64,000 nt of DNA from Cyanophora paradoxa CCMP329 (GCA_004431415.1 QPMI01000516.1:196554-260553), one strand, 5' to 3'; numbered from the stretch's first letter, positions 1-13,800 are shown. The notes: a model not told the origin generated them from the letters alone. Numbers and translations are program-made.

Positions 1-3000
1 AATTCTTCTGGATACATGATATTGCCCTCAACGCGAAGAAAACCGAATTTACGTACAACAACGTCTCCCCACGCCCGTCTGCCCCGCTACTAGGCCCGCC
101 CGATGCTAAAGAACCGGCCGACAAAGTCCTTGCGCCGAACAAACCATTCAAGGTGCTCGGGTCTGGATGACAGCAAATCTGGACTGGCGGCGGCAATTTG
201 AGGCTGTATACTCAACAGCTCGGGCAGCCTGCGCGATACTAAGGCGTAAGAAACTCACCGCCAAAGAGACGATATACATAGTAAATAGCGTCCTTCTCCT
301 CGCATCACTTACGCCTGCAAGATTGTTTCCTTTACCGAGAGACAATGTGCCCAGCTCGACACTCTCTGGATGACGCTCACTAAACATCATGCCCGCCTTA
401 GGGGTCCACGCCCAACGCGCTCATGTGGAGCCGAGGCTTCTACGGCCTCAAGAGAACGGAGGACGAACAGCTGGCCATTCACGTGCTCGATGAAACCATC
501 CGCACGAACCACCCCTGCTTCTCCCGTATATCATGCACCGCATTTTCGCAGCGCAGGAGCAACTGGGGCTTCCCCTTCCGCCATACTGCTACCCCAATTT
601 ACAGCTGGGCCCCGCAGCCTACAGAGACAATTTTGCACTAGCTGTAGCGCGAAATCTGACCCGCGCCGGCTACAAACTCGACTCAGGCAAGGACTATCTC
701 GTTCCGGCCCTGCCTCACCCGCAGCTCGAACGCCGCTTTGTGCTCACAACACTGCTCCCCCGCGCCTCCTGCGTGAGGCTGCACCATTCCTTTGGCGCCA
801 CGATATCCTCACAGCTGCTGACGTCACGGGCCCGACGGCGTCAGTGTGCTCGACTGGATTAGCTTATGGGGCAGCGGGAAAATTAAACAGCGACTCAATA
901 GACCTCCCTCCTGGTTCCCGTCGTTCACCCGAGCAATATGTCAGCCCGTCGGCCCGCGCGCCATCCCCCGTCGTCTCCGCTTCCCCATGCACCTGCAGCC
1001 TGCGCAAAATCCGGCTGCAGCCCAACGTACCCTTCTTGAAGCCGGCCTGCTCTCGCCCCAGTACAAAGTCGGCGGCTTCGTTTGGACAACGGAAGCGTAT
1101 CTAGGACGCATCTGCAATATCCGGCGGACAACTGACGCTGACGACGGCAGAGAACGCGTCCTAGTTGAGCTCGAACACTGGGTCCGCCGAGACAAAGGCC
1201 AGGACGACCGAGAGGACCACATATATGACACCACCGGCGAACCCGTCTCCTTCTTCCGCTGCATAATGGATCCCAAAGAATGCGACAGCCGCTTCACAGC
1301 GAAAACGCCGGAAGCAGAGGCTCTCCGCCGCGCATGTGACCACTCAGACCCGGCCTCCCAACGGTGCCGCTGGACCGAAGACACAGCCTACATCTACCCC
1401 GCCCGACTTCAGAGCCTGGTCCCCGAGTCGCGGTCAGGCCGTGTCGCCGAGCATGCTCGCATTTTCCTTGAAGATAAAATAACGTGGTGGCCCGAGTTCC
1501 GCGACACTCATTTCCTCCCCCCGTGGGAACAGGACTGGAATTATGATCCAGATGATCACGAGGCGCCCCAGCGGCCAGATGGAGTCGCCGCTCGCGACCC
1601 TGGGACCGTCCCCCCGCCGACAGCGCCTCGGGCCTACCCCCAACGCCGACAGTTGAGCGACTTCTGCATCCCATCGTCAGAGTATGCTGACCCATTTTGG
1701 AACCTGATTGCCGCGGAGCTCGGCCGCACCTCCCTCCCGCTCGACCGCGAGCGCCGACTCGCAGCCACGGATGCCAGTACCATGGACGCCGCCTCAGAAG
1801 CTGCACTCACGGCCTACGCTGGCGTCTGGCCCCGTGAGAGCAACCCGGCCTCACTAGCTGACGAAGCTGCCCGCACGCAGCGAGGGATAGCCCTCCGTCA
1901 ACAAATTCACGCACTAGCTGACCGGCTGGGCACAACCGGCGTCGATACTGACCAGGTGGCGAAACTTCGCGGCCTTGCAGACGCCATCCCGACCGACGGC
2001 AGCGACTTTTTCGTGGCCCCGTGTCCTGGCACAGTGAACAATAACAAAGGCGAGCTCCTCGCCGTCCTGTCCGCCCTGCTGCTCTCTCCCGAAGGCTGCA
2101 CAGTGAAAACTGACAGCTTCACTGCAATGGCGGACTATTCCAAGTACGTCTCGCATCGCGCCACCGCCACCCTTCGCAGCTGCATTCGAGCCTCGTACTC
2201 CCATCACCTTAAAGCGTATGCTGAGGTGCAGTGCATCCGGCTTGCACTAGCAAGGGCCGTGGCACCCGACAGAATGCTATACGAAGAACGTCTTGTCAAA
2301 GTCAAAGCCCACCAGAAAGAATATATAACTCGGCGCCGCCCGCGCCCGGCTGCCGCCCCGCTGAAGTGGCCGACCACGACTCGGAATCAGACGCAGACTC
2401 ATACGAATCCTACCTCTCTGACCGAGACCCGGTCGCTCCCGAACCTACGGAGGCGGAACTGATAGCTCAATATGGCCCCGGCACGGGAGTATACGAAGGG
2501 CGCGCGAACCCGCTAACCGGCGCCTACAACTATATCTCCGAGCACCTTCGCGCGGGCACTGCCCACATCCACCGTCGGAACGCCCGCCGAGCCGTCCACC
2601 AAATGCAGCAAGCGTCTCGTGCCTCCAGGCGAGCAGAACGACAGAGGCGGCGCGAAGCCCGGGCTGCGCTAGGTCAGCATACACCAGGACTACCAAGCCT
2701 GCCCCTGCTGGTGGAAGAAGAACGGGTTCCAAACCGTGCATTTGATCGGGACAACGCACGAGCCGACCGCCTCGCCGCTGCGGCACTGGCTCTGCACCCC
2801 AGCGCAGACCTCTCCCGGCAGGCACTCGACGGCCGGGAACTTTCTTCCTGGGCTGACCCTGAGGAAGCAGCCTGGCAATCTGACCCCGAAGACCCGTCCC
2901 CGGCCGCAACAGTTGCATCAAAACGCGCGTGGCACGCCCGCCGGGAGCCGGTCTTTCCCCTGGCGGATTTGACATGGTCCTACTCTTTTCGCCCCCGCGC

Positions 3001-6000
3001 TGCTGGAACGAGAACTACGACACTCGTAGAGTTTACAGAGTTGAGTCTGACCCGCGAGCACACGTAAAAAATACGTGCGAATTTCGGAACTTCTCCCGTC
3101 TCCTTGCAACCGAAAAATGCCATTTGGGCAGTCCGGTCGACCGTGCGCGCCTCGCCCGCGAATACCGCAAGAAAGGGCTCTCCCGCGATGCATCGCACCC
3201 CCTGAATGCGAGGCTTGCTCAAATCACGAAATTCAGCTCCGGACTCGCACCCCTCATGGGTGAACGTGCCCGGGACGCTCCCCATCTCTATAGTGCAATA
3301 AATCCAAATGGACTCTGTGTTCGCGCAGGCTGCGCGTCCGTGCTAGGCCCAGACGGCCGGCCCACCCCAGCCCCGCCATGGCAGCCGCCTGCGTCCGACC
3401 CCGAGGAAGACGGTGGGATCCGGAACGGCCCCAACGGCGACCCGGCCGCACGAGACGCACGCCAGGCACCGCGGCCCCCCCTATCGTTAGCGGGACGCCT
3501 GAAACCCACGACCACGCCTTTGGTCTCTGCCCAGCAACACGCACCCTCCGTATCGAAGCCCAAACTAAGATATTCAACCTATTGTACGAAACCATATCGT
3601 CTCAACGCCTAAAAACTGCAGTCGATGCGGCTGCAGCTGGCGACCCAGCCTACAAGCTGCCCCCGGCCCTGCGCCAGGACGGACTGTTGCTGCGCCAACT
3701 GTTCCGGCCTTTGCACTGGCTGACGATGCAAACTGGGGATGGTCAGAGCGTCAGCGCCAACGGCCGGCCCCCTTCCTTCGCACCTCACGCAGCCACTCTA
3801 TGGCCTGCCCGATCAGTGGCAAAGCCTCGGCAGCAAACTCTTCGCCGACCTTGCCTGCGATTCTCCCCGCCACACCGTCAGGCTCCTCCTTCCTCGTAGC
3901 CTCATCCCTGCCCTGATTTACTTAGATGTACGTAGACCGGCGGCGCTTAAATGCGCCAACGCAATTATGGCCACCATCATAGACTACACCCAAGCAATCT
4001 GGAAGGCTCGCAATAGCGAAGTCCAGTCCTGGCAACGCCGACACGGATTACTCGCCGCCAAACTCATGCACCTCGACCCTCGCGCCCTGCTGAGCCCTCA
4101 CCGGCGAGGTCGATGCCAGCCAGGATTAGGGATGAGCCCACGAGCCCCTCGACCGTGGTGGCCCGGCCCCGCGTCGACGGATACCCAACGGCCAGCTCAC
4201 CCTCTCATCAGACCTACAATTAGTCAGCCAGTCGCGCCGCTCTCGAACCCGCGCTGCTCCCCAGCACCGTGGCCGGCCACGGCCCCCCTACAACAGCGAT
4301 ACCCGCAACGCCGGTGCCCCTACCGCCGCCCCGAGCTCGAGCCCGAGACCTAGACCTGTAGCTAGGCCGGCAGCTGCTAACAGCATCACCAATATTAATG
4401 CCAGTAATGCAGGGTGGCCGGCTCCGCCGTCCCCACCTGCATTACGTGCCGCCTGGGCCCAAGTACGCCGCTCCCCTACCCGCGCTCTACCCAACAGCGC
4501 AGTCCGAGAGCTCCCGGCAGCCCGCAGCGGCCCCGCTGCACTGTTTGGCAGTGCCTCCGTATCGCTCCATGACCTAGCCACGCTGAACGGCTCGTCCTGG
4601 GTGAACGCCGACGTCATCAACTACTACCTTGCCCGACTAAACCTTCTTGCGAGCGGAGAAATTAACCCTCGCCGACGCGTCTTACTTTTCCCGCACACTT
4701 TCTACGCCGCTATTCCCAGACAATAACGCCGGCGGCAGCGCCCGCCTGCGCCGTCGCACCGCTGGGCGCGGAATTAATGTCTTTGACTATGACCTATTAC
4801 TCTTCCCTATCCACACCCCGGGCCACTGGATCCTTGCAGCCCTCCATCTCCGTGCTCGCCGTGCTGAACTATACGATGGATACAATCTCCCGGGCCCGAA
4901 GAGGCCCGCCGTCAACTCCTGCCCTCCTAAAATGGCTCAACATGGAGCGCGAATGCGCAGCCCTAGGCTCCTCGACCGGCGCCGACGACGCTCTCACCTG
5001 GCCCCTCCCTCAGCCACCCGATTCCCCATCCCGGCCCAAAACGATCGCTTCAACTGCGGGATTTTCGTCTGTGCCTTCGCCGAAATACTTGTCCGTGCTC
5101 TGGAACATGACCCACGGCCTACACACCCTCCTTCACGGGCACTGTGTCTAACTGCGCCACCTGGCGCGGCCTCATTCTTTCTCGGATTCTAGGCTCGCAG
5201 GCCTTGGATACGGAGGCGCCCACGAGCACCGCCTCCCAGCCCGAGCAGCCCCGGGCAATACCGGTGGCTGCGCTGGCCCCGGGAGAACTGCCACGGGATG
5301 CCCCCTCAGCTGCCGGTGCGGTTACGCTGCTGCCTCCCCGAAGCCCTGGCGCAGCACAAACGCAAAGGAAAATGTACCGCTCCAGTGTCGCCCCCCAAAA
5401 CCAGCGAGACAGACCGCGCCCCCAAGATGAAGCCATTGCAGGCCCATCCAGGCCCAAAATAGTCACGCCCGCACCGGAACCCCAATACCGGCCCCCGCTG
5501 AGCGCGCAGCCTACCCAAGGCCTGCGGCCCGGAACTCGCGAGCAGACATCCGCACCTTCTTCCAACCCGCCCGCGCCCGTCGGCCGTCAGCGACACCTCT
5601 ATAGCTAGGCCCAGAGTCCAAAGGACAGTCCGCCAACGCAAGTGCCCCGCCTGACACACCAGTGGCACAAGCCGACGGCACGGCAACAGTGCGGACGCGA
5701 CGCCCGCGCCTCCTTCGAGAAATTCAAGAGTCGGCGGGATTCCGTGCAGCCCGAGGCAATAATTCCGGACCCGGACCTCGCCCCCGCAGATCTAGAACAG
5801 CTGCAGCAGCTTCCGTCACCCCTGCTGCTGCTCATGGTCACGCCCAGCGGCGGGATGGAGCGTCGTCCGCAGCCGCATCAGCTGTGCCCGAGCCTCTTCC
5901 CGAACCTCAAGACCGGCCTCCCCCACAAGACCGGCCGCCGCCCCGCCCTCCCCACCGAAGAGGCCCGGCCTCACCCCAGCCTCCTCCCCGCACCCTCCCT

Positions 6001-6542
6001 CCTCCACCCTTCCTCTTCTCGAAACGGGCTCTCCAGCTCCACCCTCCCATCTCGCCCCTCCAGCAACCTGTCCCATCTGTTCCCTGTCGCTCCACCGACA
6101 CCGCCACCTCCACCGCCTTCCACGCCCGCTCCTCTGTCCTGCACGGGAACACGCGAGGTACCACCGCGGAGATCTCCTCCTCTCTCTTCTCATCTTTGGG
6201 ATCTCGCCGCTTGGCTTTAAACCCTGAGCCTGCCAGCCCAACAATCTCCCCGGCCCCAGCCCCCTGCCACCTCTCTACCCCACCCCATCGTGACCGGCCC
6301 TGGCCCGTCGCGGGGGGGAGGCTCCGAGAGAGCCGCCTCAAGGGTAGAGGGGGCGGGGCTCGCAATAGGGTATAGCCCTTGGGGCGCCTAGTCGGAGACC
6401 CAATAGTGGGGAGTAGACTAGGCTAAAGTATATTAGTTGGCCTAGGGTAGACCTAGGCCTAGGGTAGACAGAAAACGATGTTTTTTGTGTACCAGGGGCT
6501 CTGTCCCCTAATAAACTACGGAAAACTCAAAAAAAAAAAAAA
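1..6542 (+). mobile_element. 3' part of a non-LTR retrotransposon (L1-clade-like, RNase H-bearing); 5' end lies outside the window; multiple frameshifts
   Basis: RT C-terminal motifs at 3-300 (IALNAKKTE...FKVLG[V]W...KKLTAKETIYIVNSV). RNase H motifs TDAS (~1765), GELLAV (~2050), TDS (~2110), VKAH (~2300), NARADRLA (~2755). CxxxC...ETHDHAFGLC zinc knuckle (~3310-3530) and IWKARN (~3995). AATAAA at 6510-6515 and an A14 tail at 6529-6542. No introns, unlike the host genes. Confidence 0.9.
4560..5190 (+). CDS. Ulp1/SENP-family (peptidase C48) cysteine protease domain inside the retrotransposon (frameshifted)
   Basis: Motifs DLATLNGSSWVNADVINYYL, VFDYDLLLFPIHTPGHWILAAL (catalytic His), LYDG (Asp) and PAQNDRFNCGIFVCAF (oxyanion Gln and catalytic Cys). 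Confidence 0.88.
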
Positions 6543-7017
6543 GCGCGGCGGGCCGGGCATCTCGCCGGCTCGGGGCCTCGGGCCAGAGAGTCACGGCGTG
6601 ACTGTGAGAACTTCACATCACAAACTCACACTGGCAGTGCAATACATACGCCGCACTGCCGCGGTGGCAGGCTGGCAGCGGCGGTGCGAGGCAGTGAGAA
6701 CTGCGCTGCTTACTAGTAGCTATATACTCTATTATACTGTAGAACTGGTTAATTTAGTACAGGAAAATAATTAGTACTTCGCCAAAACTGCCACTTTAGC
6801 AGCTGGTGAATTTTTAGTAGATCAGTCTTCGACCCGGGGACGGTGCTACCCCTAAGAATTCTCGGCTTTAGCTAGCGAGAAATATTTAGTAGATCGCCCA
6901 AAAACATTTAGTACTATAAATATGCAGCCCACTAAACATTTCTAGCTCTCCAGTAGTCTGCCGGCGCATGCGCAGTGCCAGCTGAATGGCGGGATAATCG
7001 ATTACTGCAGTAATCCA

Positions 7018-7321
7018 GGATCAGGAGACAGAGAAAGGTGATTGGAGCATAGCACTGGGCTTTCATGTACCCGGGCATAGTAAGTTCGAACACAGCTCAA
7101 GTGGAAAGCCGGGTAGTCGCCGACTAGTCGGCGGGTACGCGTCAAATTGAAACAGTTGAGTTCAAATTGCTTACTACCCGGTAGTAGGGCCGGTACGGCG
7201 AGTCGAGTCAAAAAGCCCCGGCACTCTAAAGTTAAAGAGTCTAAACTCGGGCGACTCGGGCCCCCTGCTTGTAGAATTCGAAGCGCCGGCGCGGGATCAG
7301 GAGACAGAGAGAGGTGATTGG
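7018..7321. repeat. 28-bp direct repeat (7018-7045 and 7294-7321, 1 mismatch) flanking 248 bp
   Basis: ggatcaggagacagaga(a/g)aggtgattgg occurs twice. Confidence 0.9.
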
Positions 7322-7805
7322 CCAAGGGCCATGTCGCTAGCTACCGTGGAGGAGGAAAATACTGGCCCTATTACTGGGCCGGAAATTAGTGGGCCCGCCT
7401 GCGGGACAGGAGCGCTGGCCCAGTGGCCGCTCTGAACGTGCCTGAAGGCGTTGTAACACGAATATGTAATTTTATTTCAAGTGTATTCGCGAGACAACAC
7501 CGTCAGTGTCCGTCACAGGCTCACAGCTCACGGGCGATGACCGTCGGACGAGGCTCCAGCTTTATGGTTGAGTAACGAATCATTTAATCTAGTTACCGTA
7601 CTACAACAGTCTACAAGCAACGAATTCGTTACTCTAGTTACTTAAAAGAAAAAATTCGAAAGATCAAACGCCGAAATTTAAAGGGCGAAAATGCGAAACT
7701 GACTTATCTGCTAATCAAGTAATTGTGCGAGCGAACCGCGCGCTAGCGCTCTTACTTAGTTGAACCTAAATCTAAGAAATTGTCGCAGAGTCGCGCGCGG
7801 GGCGC

Positions 7806-10800
7806 CTACACGCGGCGCAGCGCGAACAGGGCGGCCAGGGCCGCGGCGAGGACCGCGACGACCGAGTAGGCAGGGCGGGCGGCCGCCGCGGCGCTGTTTA
7901 GGTACGGGCTTGCGAGGTCGACGGGGGCGGCCATCGGGTAAAGCCCGAAGAGCGGGTTGCTCCCGAGCGCGGTCTGACGGCCGAGGCACGTGAGCCGTAC
8001 GTGCGTTATGCGAGGGCGGGGACGGACCGCGAGGTAGTTGCTGAGGCACTGGCCGTAGGAGGGGCCGGGTGCGCACGGGCTCGTCTGGGCCAGGCGCCGG
8101 TGCGAGGCGAGGAGGGCCCGGCGGGTGATGTTCGCCGGGGCGGCCGCCGGCGTCGGCGTGGCGACGGCGGGGGCGGGGGCGGGGGCGGGGGCCGTCGCAT
8201 TGTTCCCGGGCGTAGTAACGTTCCCGGCGGGCGCGGTGGTGTTGCCGGCGGGCGCGGTGACGTTGCCGGCGGGCATGGACGCGTCTCCCGCCGGCGGCGG
8301 CGCCGACGACGCCGACGCCGTCGAGTTGGAGTCGTCGGGATCGGCCGCCTCGGGCAGGTAGAGGCCGCCGTCGGAGGTGTCGTTGGCGGGCATGCCCAGC
8401 ACGACGCGGATCACGATGCTGCGCGGAAATCGCGTCAGATTTCAGCGTACGCGTCTGATCAGCCGAAGCTATTCTATATTCGACGGCGGGCGAGCGCCGT
8501 GGTCGGCCGTGTATGTACCCCTCGGTGGGCGAGCAGGTGACGTTGGCGACGTGGAGCGACGTGCGGGAGACGCCGGGGACCGTCGTGTTGAGGATGCGGA
8601 AGAGCTCGCCTGAGGCAGGGGCGGCGGAGGCGAGCAGCGGCAGTCAGATCAGATCAGATCAGATCAGCGGCGCCCGCGCCCAATGCGAAACGGAAGCACC
8701 GGCGATGGAGTACTCGACGACAGCACCGTCGAAGTCGACGTCGTCGTCGTTGGCGAGGTAGCCGTCCGTGATGTTCTGCGTCGACGGCGACATCAACGGC
8801 ATTGTTAACGGCGAATGTAAGCCGCGTATTAATGTCGCCTGCGTATTAAAATATACTACGCGGCTTTAGACTTTCCGCAACGTTAGCGCTGCTAAATTTT
8901 ATGCGCTGTTAAGGAGAAGGCGAAGGGTGACGGTTGTTGACGGACCGCGCAGGCGGCATAGGAGGGAATGACGAAGCGGCGGGTGGTGGGCAGCTGGGGG
9001 ACGAGGGTTTGCCCCGAGACGAAGGCCAGGTCCTCGTCGCGCACGAAGGAGCGCGTGACCTGCCGCGCCGCCGCTCACGTCAGCCATCGCGGACGTTGAT
9101 GGACATAAACGTAAACGATAAGGAGGAGGCTCAAGGGGCTAAAAGAAGACAACTCCGACGCTAAAATCAAACCTCGGATCCGCCCACGATATCGTTCGCG
9201 AATTGGAATTCCGTGAAAGAGGCACCTGCTTGGAGGAGCCCTCGCCGATCGCGACGATGCGGAGGCCGTCGACCTGCGCCGGGCGCGAGGCATCGGATGA
9301 AGCGCAAGATTCCAAGATTTTAACGAAATGACACGAGCAGTTTTGTTCAAAGTTTGTTATGTTTCACCAATCGCAATGAAATGTTATGTTAAGATGTGGT
9401 TCTATAGCTTCTTCAGATAAGACTTTATTTATTCGGTTCTACAGCGAGTTTCCGCACCTCGAGCTTTCCGGCCTCGATGAAGGCCTTGAGGTCCTTGTAG
9501 ATGCCGTCGGCCTTCTGGCTGTCCGCGAGCGAGGCGACGTCGCCAGAGGACATGTCGTCCAGGATCTCGACGTCCACGCGGCCCCGGCCGTCCTTGTCGC
9601 ACTTGTAGTGCTTGCCTGCGCATGCGGCGCCGGCGACGCCCGCCGTTAGACATAATCATCTTAAGCGTGGTGCTTAAGCTTTTGTAAACATCATATATTT
9701 ATTATTAAGTTACACGGCGTGTTGTCTCACATATATATCGCGCCCCGTTGTCTTAGCTTAAGCTAGCGCTTGCAGCGTAGCGCTCACCGGCGCGGATGGT
9801 GGTGTAGTAGACGGGGTCGGTGCGGAGGGCGTTGAACGCCAGGACGAGCTTCTTGAGGAAGCCGGCGCGCGCCGCCTTCCAGTTGCCCCTGCGCACCACC
9901 TTGCACTGCGCGAAGAAGAAGGTAAAGCATAGATAGGTAGGTAAAGCGCCGGGGCGCGATTTTTTAAAGCATGGCTAGCGCACGGCGGCCTCGTCGGCGT
10001 GCTGGATGAAGAGGCGGGACTTGATCGAGTTGACCTTGAACTCGGCCCCGCGCACGAAGACGACGAGCATGTCTGCGGGGCGAGCGAAACACACTCTGAG
10101 TCAGTCTTGGATACCAGCTGCAGAGCGCCCGGCGGCGCCCGATCCGTCGAACTTCAGAGAAAGAGTTTCAAGTTTCAAGACAGTCAAACTCTAGAAGGGC
10201 GGCGCACTGAGCGCGTCGTCGAACTTGATGCGGAGCGACTTGAGGCGGCCCTTGCCCCCGAAGGCCGACGCGAAGTTGGCGAGGAGGAAGCCGCGCTTCG
10301 AGTCCGCCGCCAGTTTCTGCGCGCGGCGGGGACGTTGAGCGGGGACGTCTTTCTTTGCTGTATCTTGGCCGAGCTTTAGCTTTGTTTACTGTATCTAAGG
10401 TTGAGCTCAAGCTTTATTTGCTGCATCTTGGCCAAGCTGCGCGCGCGGCGGGGACCTTGAGCTCGAGCTTTATTCAATTTGCTGATCTTTGGCCGAGCTC
10501 TAGCTTTATTTACTTCATCAGCTGTAGCTTTATTTGCTGGATCTTAAGCTCGAGCTCGTGACCTTGACTATGAGCTCGAGCTCTCTTTGCTGTATCTTAG
10601 CTTAAAGCTTGAGCTTAAGCTATTTGCTATGCCTTGACCAAGCTGAAGCTTGAGCTTGAGCTTAAGCGCTCACCGCGAGGGACTTGCAGAGGGCCCTGAC
10701 GGCCTTGTCGCTGCTCTTGCAGACGAGGCCGAGCGCGGCGCCGCAGCCGCGGCCGTCGCGGCCCCCGCAGGCGCTCCCGAGCAGCTTCTCCTGGATCGCC

Positions 10801-13800
10801 TTGCACGCGTCGGCGTTGGCGCTGGCGCCCGAGCACGCGGCCGCGGCGCCGGCCTGCTGCTTCGCGAGGCAGGCGGCGTCCCCCGCCGTGCAGTTCAGGT
10901 TGATCGCGTCCTTGATCGCAGCCTCCGCCGCCGCCGAGGAGTTCGACGAGTTGCCGCCGGCGCCGGGGATCACGAGCTGGCGCAGGACGCGCTGGACGGG
11001 CGAGACGCTGACGACCTTGCCGCCCGCCAGCGTCGAGATGCTCGCGTTGACGAGGGCGGCCCGGACGGCGTCCGGGAGCGGCGCATTCACGTTCGCCGCG
11101 TCGTACGTAACGCGGAGCGGGACGACGGCGATGTAGGACGACGAGTTCGCGGTGCCCTGCAGCAGGCGGCGGCCCGTGGCAGAGTTGGAAGAGTTGGCAG
11201 AGTCGGACGGTGCCGGCGAAGGCGAGGAAGGCGTCTCGGCGGGCTTGGGGACGCAGCGGCGCTCGCCGACGGCGATCTGGTTCGCGGCGAGCTCGCCCAT
11301 ACCCTCGCCCGCCGCCTGCTGCACGCCCTCCTGGACGCTCGCCTGCACGCGAGGGTACGGTCGACGTTACGACTCCATTGTTGTACGGATGTGCTAATTT
11401 ATAATGCAAACAAACAAATCAGAGGGGACGCTCGCCTGCACGACCGCGTCGTTTGCCTTGAGCGACTCCTCGCACGCCTTGGCCGAGTCGAACTCGACGT
11501 AGACGTTGACGGCCTCGGGCCGCCGCTCGGGAATGGCGGCGGGCGCTCCGTCCTCGCTGCCGCGGGCCTGGGCGGCCTGGACGCGCTCCGCGAGGGCCGG
11601 GGTGAGGGCGCGCGGGTTGAGGCGGCACCCGGCGTTGGTCCCGCCTGGCACGGCCCGGGCAGGCCCGGTCATGGCCCGGCGGGAGCGGAGGGCGCGGGCG
11701 CGCACTGGTGGCGTCCGCGCGGGTCTGGACGGCGGCGGTGCACTCCAGGCCCAGCATGTCGAGGGCCTCGGGCAGGGAGTCAAGGTCCATCTGCGGGCAA
11801 GGGCGCCCGCGGCCCGCCCGTTAATACCCGCGAGCGCGCGTGGAGCACTGGAAAGACACCGCAAGATCTATAGTCTGCTTGAATAAATGGCGCACCACGG
11901 TGGCGAGCGCGGATTCGCCGCCGGCGGCCGCGGCGGCCTTGTCGAGCCTTGCGGTGACCTTGCTCACGAAGCTGCGGGGCCGGACGGAGCGGGGCGGGGC
12001 GTCGTGAGGGGCGGAGCCGCGGGGCCGAGGGCGGTGGGGCGCGGCGAAGGGAGGGAGGGGGGGAAAGGGGGGGGGGGGGGACCTGGGGCACGAGAGTGTC
12101 CACCAGATTGCGAGCGTGCTGTCCTGCGCGCCCGGGCTCAGATCAATTTCGCCTTGAGGCCTGACAGATCCCGAGGGGGGGAAGGAGCCGGCGCGGGCCG
12201 CGCGATCAACGCTGGCTACCATTTTCCGTCAACGGCATTATTTTAAATATTTATCTTTATCAGCATTATCAGACCACGCACGTGCGCGCGCACGCACCGA
12301 CCACCTGAGAATCCTCTCGCAGCTCGGATTGGCCACGTTCTGGTAGATCTGCGGGCGGGCGGGGAAAGGGGAGGGGGAGGGTACCGGCCTCATGATCAGG
12401 CTCGCAAGGCTCAGACGGGCGCCGCCGGCCGGCGCGGGCTCATATGATCATCTCCGCTGAGCTGAGCGGAGCAGACGGACCGTGCTGACGTCCTTGCAGG
12501 TCTCGTAGGCGACGCGGCGCGGGTTCCCGTGCTCCGGGTCCGAAAACACCCACGTCATGAAGAGGCTGAGTGAGGGGCGGTGATCATAAGTTCTTAGAGT
12601 GGCGGGGGCGGGGCTGGGGGTGGGGTTTGTAGGAACAGAACACCCGCGCACCCCGTGAACCGGACCTTGGCGTCCGGCGTAAAGGCCGCGGGGCTGTCCG
12701 GGAAGAACGCTTTCGTGACAGCGCCCACGGCCTCGGCGTCGGCGTTTCTGAAGGGCGAGAGCTGGGCGCAGTACGCGGCCGGCAGGCGGCTCAGGAGGGT
12801 CCCGTTGAGCGAAGTGTAGAGCTTCGCGGCGACGCTGGTGCAGGCGTCGCAGGCGAGGTCCATGAGGGTCGGGGGCGCCAGGCCGGCGGCCGCCGCGGCC
12901 TCGCGCGGTGTCGGGCCCGTGGGCTCCGACTCCGCTTCGCCCTCGGCTTCGTCCGCAGCGTCATCGGCCTCCTCCAGCACTTTGGCGCGGACGGACGGGG
13001 TGCGCGTGGTGGTCCGCGCGATCGTTCTCGTCTGTTGGAGGCGCCGAGGGCGGCCCGAGGAGGAGGAGGAGGAGGAGGCCGCGGCCGTCTCGGGCGCCGG
13101 CGCCGGCACCGGCGTCGGCTCTGCGGCACCAATGCCGGCGGCCGCGCCACGCGCGGCGGCGGCGGCGGCGGCGGCGGCCTTGGCGCGCTCCAGTGCGGCC
13201 ACCTCCTCGTCCAGCTTCGCCCCCGCAGCGACCGCACCAGCGACTCGTACTTGGGGCCCTGCGCGCGCCCCGCCCCGGCCCGCCCCGCCCCGGACCCGCG
13301 TGAGCACTCGCGGTCGGGCCCGGCCGGGCCGGGCCGGGGCGGGCCGGGCCCGGAAGGGAAGAAGCCGAGCTTCGGAAATGGCGCCGAGCTTCGTAAATGG
13401 CGAAGAACCCGGCAGGGGGAGAAGGAGGCGTTGGAAATGGAAAAGAATCTAAGAGTTCGAAATGGGGAAGACTCAAAGCCGAGCTCGCCTCGTAGGCGGA
13501 GGCGTTGGCCGAGTCGATGAACTCCTGCAGCCGCTGCCGCAGGGCGTTCACGAATGCCGCCTCGTCGACGCCGCTCGCGAGGCCGAGCAGCACGTCGCCC
13601 CGCGCCGACCCGTTCTCCGCGAAGTCAAAGTCCGCCCCCGAGAGGCGCACCTGCCGCGAGATCCTGTCGGGAGAGGGATTGCATGCGGCCGGGGATGCCC
13701 TTTGGCTATCGCAAATGTATGAATCACTATTCTCGTATGGAGCCTGTTGGCGGGCTCGCACGTTGCCGGTGAGGACGTCTGCGCGCATAAAATCCGCGCG

